Assembly: GCA_964016885.1 (NCBI GenBank)
Contig: OZ024752.1
Span: forward strand, 4,216,001-4,280,000
From: Eledone cirrhosa
Taxonomy: Eukaryota
DNA: 64,000 nucleotides
Direction of reading: 5' to 3'
How positions within the stretch are numbered: the stretch's first letter is position 1; each line of letters begins with the position of its first letter. The position numbers and the translations under genes are program-made. Shown piece by piece: positions 44,604 to 58,632 of the stretch. The notes beneath the pieces are model-generated. The model made no database searches, was not told where the DNA came from, and saw nothing but the letters and a program-made list of their open reading frames with translations.

Positions 44604-44917
44604 GTTTGTATGTATGTTTGTTTCTATCTTTATGTCTGTTTCTATGTTTGTTTCTATGTTGTTTCTATGTTTGTTTATATGTTTGTTTATATGTTTATAT
44701 GTTTATATGTTTGTATGTCTGTATGTATGCATATAAGTATTTAGGTATGTACATATATATATGTATGTTTATATGTAGGTATGTTTATTTGTATGTATGT
44801 TCTTCTGGTTTTATAATTTCACAAATTGTTTCCCAATAAAGAGAGAGTCGGTTTCTAACATAGACACAAGACTCTCATTGCAATTTACACAACATCAACT
44901 AGGTAGATTATGCACAT

Positions 44918-45781
44918 AAGATTTATTTCAAACCCAAACTTCACACTAAGAGTTTTCTCCTTCAAAGTAATCCCCCTGGAGTCTAATGCACTTTTCCATC
45001 CTTTTCTGCCTCACTTGCATGCACTCTGGGATCCACCGCAGTTCCGTCGTCACAGCCTTTTTGATGTCGTCCACGTCTTCAAAACGGGTCCCCTCCGGGT
45101 CATGCTCGAAGATCTATGACTCATCACCGGTGATGACTGTCCCTAGCAAGTCTGGTTCGGTTTCAAGACGTTCGAGGATGTCCTGGCACACTTGCATGCG
45201 TCGACCCTTCTGGTCATCGTTCAGCAGTTTTGGCACCATCTTCGCGCAGACTTTCCGCATGTCCAAATCTTCAGTGAGAATCTTCCAGACGCTGTCCCGA
45301 TTCATGCCCAGCTCATTTGCCATCAGTCAAACAGTCAGACGACGATTGCTACGCACCATCTGCCTGACACGCTCAACGTTGACCTTTGTCCTGGTTGTTG
45401 AGGGCCTTCTGCTCCTGGGGTCATCTTCCACGTCCTCGCATCCTTCTTTAAACCTCTTGCACCACTCAAAAACACGTGAGTGTGACATCGTATCATCTCC
45501 ATACACTTGCTGCAGCAATCCCAGTGCTTCTGATGGAGTTTTCCCCAACCGTACCAGAAACTTCAAGTTTGTTCGTTGCTCTGTGCTCATTGCTTGACAA
45601 CCTGAAACAGAGGACATGTATATAAAATTATGAAGAAAAAAGTTTGATCGCTGCAGAGAGCTAAGATTACAGTTACATACTCCTGGGGGATTACTTTGAA
45701 GGAGAAAACTTGGTGTGAAGTTTGAGTTTGAAATAAATCTTTTGTGAGATCAGTCCTGGAACTTTTCTGACACACCTCGTA
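44918..45781 (-). mobile_element. Internally deleted mariner transposon with long TIRs (left TIR truncated)
   Basis: ORFs 45327-45617 (EQRTNLKFLVRLGKTPSE...VFEWCKRFKEG.EDVEDDPRS.RPST) and 45114-45323 (KVCAKMVPKLL...VITGDES); 44918-44980 is inverse of ~45682-45741; terminus CACCTCG+TA. Confidence 0.92.
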
Positions 45782-45888
45782 TGCATGCATGCATGTGTAG
45801 ATATGGATGTTATTGTATGTGTGGATGTTTTGAGTTGTATGTGTGCATGTGTATATGCTTTGTATCTGTACATGTGTATATGCAGTTA

Positions 45889-46500
45889 TTAGATGCAAAA
45901 TGTTTGGAATGTTTTACATATTTTTACTGTTCCATTAATGGATTGTACTTGTAGTTTCCTAACTAGTTGTGTTCTTTCTGTTCCTGTGAAGCCTAGCTTC
46001 TCAAGATTTGTATTGAGGCAGTTACTAACATACCCCAGTGCCCCAATAATCACAGGTATAATTCTGAAGGTGTAATCAGGGTGGAGTATCTGCAGATTTC
46101 TCATCAGTTCTGCATAAATATTCTCCTTTTCACTAATGTTTGATATTATATTGGCATCTGCTGGGCAGCTAATTTCCAATACTCTGCATGCTTTTTTCTC
46201 CCTGTCCCATACCATAATATCTGGTCTGTTATGCTTGCATTTTATTGGGGTTTTTACTGGAACATTCCACCAGTACTCTTTCATATTATGTACGTGGATG
46301 TTTTTCACATTGCTGTAGCTTTTAATGTGTTTATTATCGGGGCTATCTTTTTTACGAACTGCATTGTACAATGTTTTGGCCACTACATCATGCCTCATAG
46401 GTAGATAGTACCGCGAAGACATCTTTGGACAGCTGCTGATGACATGGGTAATATCCTTGATGTTAGTTCTGCAGAGTCTGCACTTGTTATCACATTTAGG
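45889..46500 (-). mobile_element. R4-like non-LTR C-terminus: CCHC knuckle plus restriction-like endonuclease
   Basis: KCRLC...THVISSC, RHD, RPD, EISCP, EK..Y..L, PVIIGALG. Confidence 0.88.
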
Positions 46501-48239
46501 TGTTTATGTATGTATGTTTATATGTATGTATATATGTATGTATGTTTATAGGGATGTATTTATCTATGTATGTGTGAGGGAAGGTGGCAGTGGTGGTGGA
46601 GATGTTTGGTGTTGGTATGGAAGTGGTGGTGGTGTGTGTGGGGGGGGGGGGGGGGTAATAGATAGAAGCTGAGCTGTGAAATTACATTTCATTCATCTCA
46701 CCACTTTTCCTAGATCAATATCAGAAACATTCACCAAGAAAAACAACCAAATTTACTACTACTACTTCCATCACCACCACTACTACTACTACCACCACTA
46801 CTACAACTACAACTACCACTACTACTACTACTACTTCCACTACTACTACTACTACTACTACTTCCACAACCACCAAAACCACTATCTCTACTACCACAAA
46901 CACTACCAGTACTACTACCACTGCCAAAATATATATAAAACACTTCTGGTATTCTATTAAAACACAAACATAAATATATAAGTAAATCAGCTGTCACTGC
47001 TATTGTTGTTGTTGTTTGACCCTAGGTTAACTCTGTTGTAGCAAAATCAATGATCAAAGCTATTCCCGTCATTGCCAGCACTGTTTTTTTTTTTCGTTTT
47101 TTTTCCCTGTTTTTTCCCCTTTATTTTAGACATTTAAAACAATATTATCCCATGTGTCTTTTTTTCCTTTTAAGTTATAATTTGGCTGATATTTCTAGGA
47201 GGCCAAGTAGCTACATAGAGCCTTTCTAGATATGTGGGTTTTTTTCTTTATTTATCATTAATTGTGGTTTTCATCATCTTCATCACCATTTTATGTCCAT
47301 TCTTCCACACTAGCATGGGTTAGACGAGTTGTCCTGTTGTGGGCAATGCTAGATCAGGTAACCATGTCTTGCTCATACAGCTTGATTTCTACAGCTGGAT
47401 GCCCTTCCTAATGACAACTTCATATACAGTGAGTATTGGATGCTTTTTTGTCGTGACCCCTATACAACCACTTTATAGTGTGGACTGGGTACTATTTTGT
47501 CATGGCACCTACACATCCACTTTATAGTGTGGACTGGGTACCTTTGTCGTGACACTTACATGACCACTTTACAGTGAGTACTGGGTGCTATTTTGTCATG
47601 TCACCTACATCACCACTTTACAGTTTGGATCATTATGATATTCCCCACATAGAGACTTTGCACATCTCACACATTTTTTTAAAGTTATAATTTGGCTTGT
47701 ATTTTTAGGAGGGCAAGTGGCTACATAGAACTTTTCTACATGTGGTTTTTTCTTTATCATTAATTATGGTTTTGATTATTTTGATATTCCCAACAGAGAG
47801 ACATTACACATCTCACACATTCCTGATTATCTAAGGTTTAGGAAATTTCTATTCATTCCTTTTAACTTTCTCTCCATCACTAGACAGTCCTCAAGCCCTA
47901 TCTACATCTCACCCTAACATACAGTTTCATTCCAAAACTCTCCAATAATATTTGAACACTTTTTTAATCAAAGACACAATCTCAAGTAATTCTGGAATTC
48001 AGTTTGCAAAAGCTGATGAGTCAAAAGACTAGAAAATGTTATCCAATTTGTAATAGTTCCCGCTGAAGGAATCGGTTTCTATTTATACAACTGACCTTCA
48101 TATCAGATTTGTGTTGATATTAGCTTCACTGTTTTATGTAAGATAATCTTTGGTGTTGCTGTTATTGTTTTTGCTGTTGTCAAATAGCTTCACATTTTAC
48201 CCACACATTACCATCTCCCATGTCAGCTTAAAGTTAACC

Positions 48240-48520
48240 ATACCTACGCAAGTGACAACCTACTGCATTCAGCTACTAGCCCAGGCTCTGCCTGCCAAGC
48301 TGAAGAGGGTAAACTGTCCAAGTATCAGTCACTCTCAGATAGGTTTGTGGCAGAGTCTGTAGCAGTGGAGACTTCTGGCATTCTTGGCCCCTAGACTACA
48401 TCCCTACACACTGCTATTGGAATGGAGTTGGCTCCCCACAGGTGCCAGTCCTGTGAGGTGAAGTGGCTGTTCCAGCATGTCTCCCTCACTGTCCACCAGG
48501 GCAATGTGTTTTCAATGTAG
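48240..48520 (+). mobile_element. Decayed CRE-like non-LTR endonuclease fragment
   Basis: Pieces QAEEGKLSKYQSLSDRFVAESVAVETSGILGP and WLFQHVSLTVHQGNVFSM. Confidence 0.6.
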
Positions 48521-49616
48521 TCTCTATCTTGTTGGCTGGGACCCCAAGATGGATTAAATGCCTTACAATATTTATTTGCTTTGCACTCTGAGTTGAAATC
48601 CTGTAAAGGTAAACCTTGCCTTTCGTCCTTTTAGGGTTAACAAAGTATTAAGCTAGGGTAAGTGATTGGCAGAATTGATAGTATTGGATGTCTTGCGGTG
48701 TCTCTTTTGGTCCCTGTGAAGAAAACATTTGCATGTATTGGTGATTGCTGGTCTACCTCAAAAACTTTGCCTAGAGATAGATGCTCCTAAGAGAAGAATT
48801 ATCCAGGTGAAGATGTTTTGTAAGATATTACAGGTATTTTATATTAACCTGGAATAAATTTCCTTCAGGTTAATAAGTATTATAGATTTAGTGTACCACT
48901 GATTTTACTTGGCAATTACATTGAGTTATTGGCTCTGTGGAACACTTAACTACTTACATGTTAATTTACTGCGTTGGACCTTCAGTTGATCAAATAATTG
49001 AATGCTCATCATCAGAACTACAGAGGAGCCATCATTATAAAATTGAGGTGACATGGCTAGTTCATTACTGTAAATAATAGCAATCACTATAAATTTTAGG
49101 AGCATTTCATTAGTTTAAACTATTGATTTCATCTAATTTTTGATAGGTAGGTTTAATACAATCTAACATTAGATATACAAGATAGTAAAACTGTCATGTT
49201 TCATGAAATAATGTGCTTTAGGTAATCATTTTAGGTTGATTTTTTTTTTAATCATACAGTCAGGAAGAAAAGGGCAGCACTTATAACTGGTGTAAGAGTG
49301 AGGGCAAAAGATGTTCTTAACTTGGAAACCAGATCAAACTGCTTACAACAGACACCCATAGATGTTAAACTGGGTAATTAAGTTACCCATCAAAAAAATA
49401 CACAAATGCAAATATCAGTAACAATACTATAAATGTTATGATTTATCAAGGCAGATTTGAAATCCAAGTGCAGAAATTGTTATAAATAATAATAGCTTTA
49501 TAGAATCGGGTAAAATACCCCTAAGGATGGAAAAATGTAGCCAGCAGCCATTATGAAGAATTGGTTAGAATTCATCATCAAAATATGTTTAGATATAAAC
49601 ATTGTAATATGGCCAG

Positions 49617-49919
49617 TTAACCCTTTATCATTTACATTACACTATATTTGCTATTATATTTTCACAGTGAAGTCTTTACCTTACATAATATCAAATCTAT
49701 GAGAGGTTAACTTTGCCTTTTATCCTTATGGGGTCGATAAAATAAAGTACCAGTAATACACTGGGATAATTGCTGGCCTTGTGCCAAAAGTAGAAACAAT
49801 TATTTATTTTGAGAACAAATCCTTAACATTAGTATGAGTGGCTGGTTACAGCTGGTTTGAACAGAGAGGGGCGAGAGAGTTCTGACTGAATACAACTGGT
49901 TTAAATGCTAAAAGGTTAA
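49617..49919. mobile_element. TTAA MITE with nested SINE S1 3' fragment (49704-49803)
   Basis: ttaa-CCCTTTATCATTT...AAATGCTAAAAGG-ttaa; SINE core inside. Confidence 0.75.
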
Positions 49920-50169
49920 AGGTGGTTTAGCAACATAGAACCAAGTTTCCATTCATTGGTTACAAGGGCCATGAATCAGCAGAATCAGGAGAGTGACAAA
50001 GAAAATATTGTATTGTATTAGAAACTACCTTTTACACTCTGAATTTGAACTTCATTCAGGTTGAATTTGCCTTTCATTGATGTACCAGTCAAATACTGGG
50101 GAAGACTCACTTCCTGAATTTGTCTTTTTCTTCACCCACTTATTCCTGAGAGGGTGGGGGGGGGGGGGG

Positions 50170-50390
50170 GCAGAGTCCCCAAACACTTCTTCCAGTGGGT
50201 CCTGTCAGAAACAACCGACTCTAACTGATCCGGCTGGATCTCCAAGCTTGTCCAGCCAAGTTCAGGGATATTATCCAACCATCTTGTTCGGGGGTCTATC
50301 CCTGAGTCTCCTGCCGGCTGGTTTTGGCCATAAAATCTGTCTAGAGATTCTTTTCTGAGACATTCGAACCACATGCCCGTAGTATTGGAA
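50170..50390 (-). mobile_element. Old RTE-type LINE 3' fragment
   Basis: PRTRWLDNIPELGWTSLEIQPDQLESVVSDRTHWKKCL. Confidence 0.65.
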
Positions 50391-51270
50391 CAAACACAAA
50401 TTCTTTAACCTAAGTACTCACTAAAGTTATTGAATATCATATAAAAAAAAAAAGACAGACAGACAGGGTATTATTTTCTGAGTTTTGGACTTTTTCTCTC
50501 ATACATTTTATCAATCCTAGGTAGAGAAAATGCATTATTTTTTTCTTTGTATTTTTCTTTATATATTTTATCTTCAATTTTTGCAAAGGGTTGGATATTG
50601 ATTGCTCGAGTGAGAAAAAGCTTTTACAGATGGATAGCTTGCTAAAATCTAACCACTCAACCATAAACAATGAGTGGGCTTCTATTTGACAGCCAGTCGG
50701 ACTGAGTAAATGAAATTTTTGCAGTTACTGATTCTTCTTCTTTTTTTCTTTTTCTTCTTTTTCTTCTTTATTTTTTCCTTTTTTTTTTTTTTTTTTTGTT
50801 ACTGCACCTGGCAACAAGAATGATTGATAATATGATGATTTCCAGCCCATTGCTTATTTTAAAAATAAAATCTAAAATTTGTATCTGAGTCCTATTAATT
50901 GTGGATAATTCTAGAGGCGACAGAAATACAATGAAGGATCTATTTTCTCTGATTTCAAGATTACATCGTGTATAATAGGAAAAATATAAATATAGTCATA
51001 TGTGTGTATGGGAGTATGTATATATATATATCATCATCATCATCATCACCATTTTACGTCAGTTCTTCCACGCTAGCATGCATTAGCCGGGTTGTCCTGT
51101 TGTCGGTAGTGTCAGGGCAGCTGACCTTGTCTTGCTCATACTGGAACTGATTATGGTTTGATTATGTATGCCCTTCCTAACACCAACCTCATTTACTGTG
51201 AATGCTATATATATATACACACACATATATATATACACATACATATATACATACATATATTTATATATAC

Positions 51271-51306
<36 letters not shown>

Positions 51307-51382
51307 GTGTATATATATATATACATATATATATCTATATATACATTTATATATACATATACATATATATGTATATATATAT

Positions 51383-51830
51383 ACCGCGGAGTGGGGAGAC
51401 CCAAGATGACCTGGGATGAGGTGATAAAAGCCGACCTTACCCAATTACACCTCTCAAAGACAATGACACACGACCGTGACTTCTGGCGTCACGCAGTAAT
51501 ACAGAGTACCCGACCTCCCATGGGTACATGCTGAAGCATATAAATAATATGCCCCCACACCCCCCACCGCAAGGTGGTCGTGGAGGTGCCACGGCAAAAA
51601 AGCACCCAGCCCACACTGTAAAGTGGACGTGTAGGCGCCACGAAAAAGCACCCAGCACTCACTGTAAATGAGGTTGGTGTTAGGAAGGGCATCCAGCTGT
51701 AGAAATCAAGCCAGATCAGTTCCTGTATGAGCAAGGCATGGTCAGCCGACCAGACACTGCACACAACAGGACAACCCGTCTAACCCATGCTAGCATGGAA
51801 GAACGGACGTAGAACGGTGATGATGATGAT
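51383..51830 (+). mobile_element. RTE family B 3' fragment
   Basis: Near-identical reverse complement of 38383-38833. Confidence 0.92.
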
Positions 51831-52015
51831 ATATATATATATATACATACATATATATATATATATACATATATACATATATATACATATATATACCATT
51901 TCCTACCCACCTCTTTTTTTCCCAATCTCATAAATCTATCTTACTTTATTTTTCAAATGTTGATTTAACACTTCACTGCTCACAAGTGTTTTTTAAGCTT
52001 CATATCATGTCTCCC

Positions 52016-52086
52016 TATTTTATCTGATGAGAACGCAAATATCATCCCATGATGATACTTGTTTTTGAAATGCTCATAATAAAATA
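52016..52086 (+). ncRNA. Minimal type I hammerhead ribozyme
   Basis: TATTTTAT-CTGATGA-GAAcGCAAaTATCATC ccat GATGATAcTTGTtTTT-GAAA-TGCTCA-TA-ATAAAATA. Confidence 0.85.
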
Positions 52087-52217
52087 CTGGGAACTCTTTT
52101 AACCATCTTTTGATCTTATATTATGTATATATATATATGTATATATATATATATACATACATATATATGTATATATATATATATGTATATATATATATGT
52201 ATATATATATACATGCA

Positions 52218-52282
<65 letters not shown>

Positions 52283-52446
52283 GGGATAACAAGTTATCGT
52301 TATAGGCAATCCACTTCGAGGTAGTCCAGTTAGAGTACTCTGTGGTGTGGATGGTATTAACGTATGGCTTAGTTTGACTCAACAAGACGCTTCCATAGTG
52401 ATGCAGCGACTTCACGGGGATTTCTATATAGGTTATACTTGGAGCA

Positions 52447-52632
52447 ATAATTGTTTCTACTTTAGGCACAAGGCCAGCAATTACCCAGTGCATTACTGGT
52501 ACTTTATTTTATCGACCCCGTAAGGATGAAAGGCAAAGTCAACCTCGGCGGGATTTGAACTCAGATCATAAAGGGACATAACTATGCTGGAAAGCATGGC
52601 GTCCGACCCTCTACCGATACTGCCAATCCACA
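52447..52632 (-). mobile_element. SINE S1
   Basis: Head, B-box, core on minus strand. Confidence 0.85.
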
Positions 52633-52647
52633 TAATAATAATGCAAG

Positions 52648-52688
<41 letters not shown>

Positions 52689-52707
52689 CATATATATATA
52701 TGTATAT

Positions 52708-52770
<63 letters not shown>

Positions 52771-52873
52771 TATATACATACATATATATATATATGTATA
52801 TATACATACATATATATATATATGTATATATACATATACATATATACATATATATATATATACATATATATAT

Positions 52874-54292
52874 ATTTTAGCACAACTAATTAGAGAAAGG
52901 GTCAAACTAGATGAGATGCAGTTTGGTTTTGTGCCTGGGAAGAGTACAACAGATGCCCTCTTCTTGGTGACACAATTGCAAGAGAGGTTCTTAGAGAAGA
53001 ATAAGCCACTATACTTAGCCTTTGTTGACCTAGAGAAGGCCTTTGATAGGGTACCCCGATCTGTCATCTGGTGGTCCCTAAGGATGCTAGGTGTTGAGGA
53101 ATGGCTTGTGAGGACAGTGCAAACTTTGTACAGAGGTACTCTTAGTAAAGTCAGGGTAGGAATGGAGTTTAGTGAGGAATTCCAGATACAAGTAGGAGTA
53201 CATCAGGGTTCGGTCCTCAGCCCGCTCTTGTTCATTATAGTCCTCCAAGCCATAACAGAGGAGTTTAAGACTGGCTGTCCATGGGAACTTCTCTATGCTG
53301 ACGATCTGGCTCTTATAGCAGAATCAGTAGAGGAGCTAGAGAATAAATTCCGGCTATGGAAACAGCAGTTGGAAGCAAGAGGACTGAGAGTAAATCTAGC
53401 TAAGACAAAAGTGTTGATGAGTAGAAAAGAGGACAAAACCCTGATTCCATCAGGGAAATGGCCATGTTCGATATGCAGAAAAGGAACTGGCATAAATTCT
53501 ATAAAATGCACACAATGCAGGTCCTGGGTACACAAGAGATGTAGCGGGATAGCAGGCAAACTAACAGGTAGGGAGAAATATGTATGCAGTAGATGTACAG
53601 GGAAATTAGACAGTAGAAGTCGCACTGATAGACACATTTTTCAAATGCGAGAGGGCGCTATAGAAGTGGTGGATAGCTTCCGGTACCTAGGAGATCAGAT
53701 TAGCATGGGAGGAGGGTGTTCCGAGGCCATAGTATCTAGAATAAGGACGGGTTGGAAGAAGTTTAGGGAGCTGCTTCCTCTGTTGACGAAGAAGGGTTTC
53801 TCCCTGCGTACGAAAGGCCGGTTGTATGATGCCTGTGTGAGGAGCGCGATGCTGCATGGTAGTGAGACATGGGCAGCAACCGCAGAGGATATGCGACGGC
53901 TGGAGAGAAATGAGGCAAGCATGCTCCGTTGGATGTGCAGTGTAAATGTGCGTGAACGACCCAGCATAAATGTGTTGAGAGAGAAACTGTGTCTGAGAAG
54001 GATAGAATGTAGTGTACGGGAGAGGAGACTGAGGTGGTATGGACATGTGATGCGCATGGAGGATGACCGATGGGTGAAGAAGTGCCAGGAAATGCCAGTT
54101 GAAGGAAGACGTGGTAGAGGTAGACCACGAAAAACATGGGCGGAGGTGGTGAGAACAGACCTCAGATCATTGAAGCTCACGGTGGAGATGACGAGGGACC
54201 GTGACGAGTGGAGAGATGCTGTGCTGAATAAGACCCGTCCCACCCTTGCAAGCAGGGAAAAGCGGACGTAAAATGATGATGATGATGATGAT
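52874..54292 (+). mobile_element. 5'-truncated RTE family A copy with uninterrupted reading frame
   Basis: ORF 52700-54271 (real part from ~52874), nearly identical to 13131-14525. Confidence 0.95.
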
Positions 54293-55291
54293 ATATGTAT
54301 ATATATATATGTATATATACATATATACATATATATATATATACATATATATATATACATATATATGTATATGTATATATGTATATATACATATATACAT
54401 ATATATGTATATATACATATACATATATACATATATATGTATATATACATATACATATATACATATATATATATACATATATATGTATATGTATATATGT
54501 ATATATACATATACATATATACATATATATGTATATATACATATACATATATACATATATATATATACATATATATGTATATGTATATATGTATATATAC
54601 ATATACATATATACATATATATATATACATACATATGTATATGTATATATGTATATGTATATATACATATACATATATACATATATATATATACATATAT
54701 ATGTATATGTATATATATATGTTATATAAAATCAGATTTATATGCGCATGTATGTTTCTCTGGAACTGAAAAATAAGAATGACAGAACCATAGGAAGAGA
54801 TTATTGAGGACTGCAGGAGAGATGGGATGAGAAATATAACTAAAAAGAGAGAGAGAGAGGAGTGACAACATGATGACACATACTCAGCAACCAATCAGAA
54901 CCAGTTGCCCGCAAGGGAGATAAACACAATACTGGTTTTGTTTGTCTGTTACTTATGTTTTGATGGTGTGTCACAGTTGTTAATTTCATGTTCATGTTAG
55001 TAATTTAAGAAAAATATTGAGAAAGGAAAGGAAAATATTATTAGCCCATTGTTGACAGAAATGTGTAGTGATACCATAAATCTAGGGAAATTTCAAATGT
55101 GGAGTGGGGTGGTGGGGCAGAAATACCTTGCTGTTATAAGTGGTTCATCTTATCAAGGTAACCTGTCTTGGTTTTGGGATTTTTTTATATGGAACACAAC
55201 TCTAAACTTTATCAAATAATATATACATATATAAGCAAATATTGCACCAAGAAAAATAAAACGTCAGCGTGAAAAGATTATGAATTTATTT

Positions 55292-55376
55292 GCTTTGACA
55301 TATGTTTCTGTATCTATTATAAATATATATTGTTCAACCATATGCAATACTTATTTATTACACTTCATCAGAAAGC
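55292..55376 (-). ncRNA. Type I hammerhead candidate with long stem II
   Basis: Minus strand GCTTT-CTGATGA-(56 nt)-GAAA-CATATG-TC-AAAGC; palindromic stem III, GUC triplet. Confidence 0.7.
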
Positions 55377-55516
55377 CTATAATAGTGGAATTTAACTGTT
55401 TATCACGTTTTCTACTGAAAAAAATCTTTTTCCTTTCTACTATTTGTTTTTTTATATATATCAATTCATGTGTTTTTTTCTACATTCGATATATAAATAT
55501 ATATATATATATATAT

Positions 55517-58315
55517 ATCATCATCATCATCATCATTTTACGTCCGCTTTTCCCTGCTTGCAAGAGTGGGGCGGGTCTTATTCAGCACAGCATCTCTCCA
55601 CTTGTCATGGTCCATCGTGAGCTTCAGTGATCTGAGCTCTGTTCTCACAACCTCCGCCCATGTTTTTCATGGTCTACCTCTACCACGTCTTCCTTCAACT
55701 GGCATTTCCTGGCACTTCTTCACTCATCGGTCATCCTCCATGCGCATCACATGTCCATACCATTGCAGTCTCTTCTCTCGCACACTACATTCTATCCCTC
55801 TCAGACACAGTTTCTCTCTCAACACATCCATGCTGGGTCGTTCACGCACATTGACATTGCACATCCGTCGGAGCATGCTTGCCTCATTTCTCTCCAACCG
55901 TCGCATATCCTCTGCAGTTGCTGCCCATGTCTCACTACCATGCAGCATCGTGCTCCTCACACAGGCATCATATAACCGGCATTTCATATGCAGGGAGAAA
56001 CCCTTCTTCGTTAGCAGAGGAAGCAGCTCCTTAAACTTCTTCCAACCCATCCTTATTCTAGATACTATGGCCTCGGAATACCCCCCTCCCATACTAATCT
56101 GATCTCCTAGGTACCGGGAGCTATCCACCATTTCTATAGCACCCGCCTGCATTTGAAAAATGTGTCTATCAATGCGACTTCTACTGTCTAATTTCCCTGT
56201 ACATCTACTGCATACGTATTTCTCCCTACCTGTAGTTTGCCTGCTATCCCACTACATCTCTTGTGTACCCAGGATCTGCATTGTGTGCATTTCATAGAAT
56301 TTATGCCAGTTCCTTTTTTGCATATCGAACATGGCCATTTCCCTGACAGAATAGAGTTTTGTCCTCTTTTCTACTCATCAACACTTTTGTCTTAGCTAGG
56401 TTCACTCTCAGTCCTCTTGCTTCCAACTGCTGTTTCCATAGCCAGAATTTATTCTCTAGCTCCTCTACTGATTCTGCTATAAGAACCAGATCGTCAGCAT
56501 AGAGAAGTTTCCATGGACAGCCAGTCTTAAACTCCTCTGTTATGGCTTGGAGGACTATAATGAACAAGAGCGGGCTGGGGACTGAACCTTGATGTACTCC
56601 TACTTGTATCTGGAATCCCTCATTAAACTCCATTCTACCCTCACTTTACTGACAGCACCTCTGTACAAAGTTTGCACTGTCCTCACAAGCCATTCCTCAA
56701 TACCTAGTTTCCTTAGGGACCACCATATGACAGATTGGGGTACCCTATCAAAGGCCTTCTCAAGGTCAACAAAGGCGAAGTATAGTGGCTTATTCTTCTC
56801 TAAGAACCTCTCTTGTAATTGTCTCGCGAAGAAGAGGGCATCTGTTGTACTTTTCCCAGGCATAAAACCAAACTGTGTCTCATCTAGTTTGACCCTTTCT
56901 CTAATTAATTGTGCTAATATCCTTTCTGCCACATTCATCACCTGATTCATCAGTTTTATACCCCTATAATTGCTCCTCTCCAAAGCATCCCCTTTACCTT
57001 TGTAGCAATTTATGAGAATACTGCTGCACCAGTCTTTGGGTATGACACCACCATATATAGCCTGATTGATGATGCGTCCAACCAGTTTAGTGCCTACGTC
57101 CTCTGATGCCTTCAGCATCTCAGCACCTATCCCCGACAGTCCAGCAGCCTTACCATTTTTCATTTCCTTAATCGCCTCTTGGACCCTATATTCGTCAATC
57201 TCAATAGCTGTTCCCTCTGTCGGATCTACTAAGGGTGATTTCTCTCTTTCCCATTCATTCTCCACATTCATCAGTCTCTCATAATGACATTTCCAGGCCT
57301 CCTTTTTCTGATCATTCGTGACACTAAGTACACGGCATCATCCCGGACACATTTATCTCCAATAACATCCTGATTTGCATTGACACACTGCCTTGCAATG
57401 TGGAACACCGCATGCCTCTAATCTTCCGGTCGCAGAATATTGGCAAACCTCCTACTCTCAGCCTCCCAGAGTGCTAAGTACACCTGACGTCTAGCTTCGC
57501 TCTTAGTGGCTGTATATCCTTCTCTACCTTTTTCCAAGCCTTCCATGCTAGTCTTTTGTCTCTAATGGCCTTATCTACTGTGCTGTTCCACCACCAGGTC
57601 ACTCTCTGTCTGGTTGGAGCTCTGCTCCAGCCACAAGTTTCTTCAGTAGCCTGCAGTAAGTTGTCACGTAAGAAATTCCAGTTATTATCTATGTCATACG
57701 TCTCTAAATCGACTTCTTTTTCGTCATATACATCTTGAAGGGATTTCCTAAATTTCCTAAATTTCCTAATTTTTCGTCATATACATCTTGAAGGGATTTC
57801 CTAAATTTGTATTTTAGTGAAAGGTCTTTTAGCTTCCAGACCTTTCTTCTCCACACCTTCCTGTATGTCTCATTCAATCTCTTGCTTACTGAGATATCAC
57901 TAACGACTAACCTATGCTGTGGGGTACATTCTTCCTCAGGGTATGCCTTGGTATTAGACATTATCTGCCTGTCCCGCTGCCTAACTAGTAAGAAGTCAAT
58001 CTGGCTTATGTGCTCGCCTGCTTTGTAGGTTATTAGGTGGTTGGCAGGTTTCTGGAAGTTAGTGTTGCAAATAGTCAGTGTACTTGCATCACAAAATTCA
58101 AGAAGTCTCACTCCTTCTTCATTTCTTGAGCCGTAACCATGCCCACCATGTACCCCAGTGTAACCATCCTGGAGCTGTCCAACATGACCATTGAAGTCCC
58201 CTCCTGCTAGCATAACGATGTCTCCGTCCTCTGTCATTGCGGTTGTTTGTAAAAGTTGCTCGTAAAAGCAGTCTTTTACTCCCCTAACCCATCATCCTTA
58301 CCTACCCAGAAAAGC
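55517..58315 (-). mobile_element. Longest RTE family A copy: partial APE endonuclease, RT, PHD-like finger; frameshifted
   Basis: ORFs 57704-58237 (GDFNGHVG, SQIDFLL, QHRLVV), 56600-57271, 56301-56633, 55724-56152. Confidence 0.95.
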
Positions 58316-58414
58316 TATATATATATATATATATACATAAATATTATTACAAATTGCTCACAATTCTTTCAGAATAACTTTACAAGTATAATGTCGATGA
58401 TAAACAAATATAAA

Positions 58415-58632
58415 ACTGGGTTATGTGTTGTGTTTTTGAGCAAAACACTTCATTTCACATTGCTCCAGTATACTCAGCTGAAAATGAGTGCCAGAAATAG
58501 CTAGGAGTTTAATGCTGTGATGGACTGGCATCCTGTCCAGGGAGAAATCTTGTACTCTGTCATTTCACACCATAAAATTGGGATAAACACCAGCCTAACA
58601 AGCCTTCTGGCTTAATACAAACTTTAGACATA
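58415..58632 (+). mobile_element. SINE S2 fragment
   Basis: Matches 29395-29610. Confidence 0.78.

Noticed and set aside
48005-48050. CTGATGA-GTC aaaa GAC-TA-GAAA hammerhead-like string
   Set aside because: Two extra bases before GAAA and no convincing stems I and III
53695-54894. Long antisense ORFs over RTE copies (also 12928-13707, 39298-39930)
   Set aside because: Shadow frames of the LINE ORF extended by microsatellite
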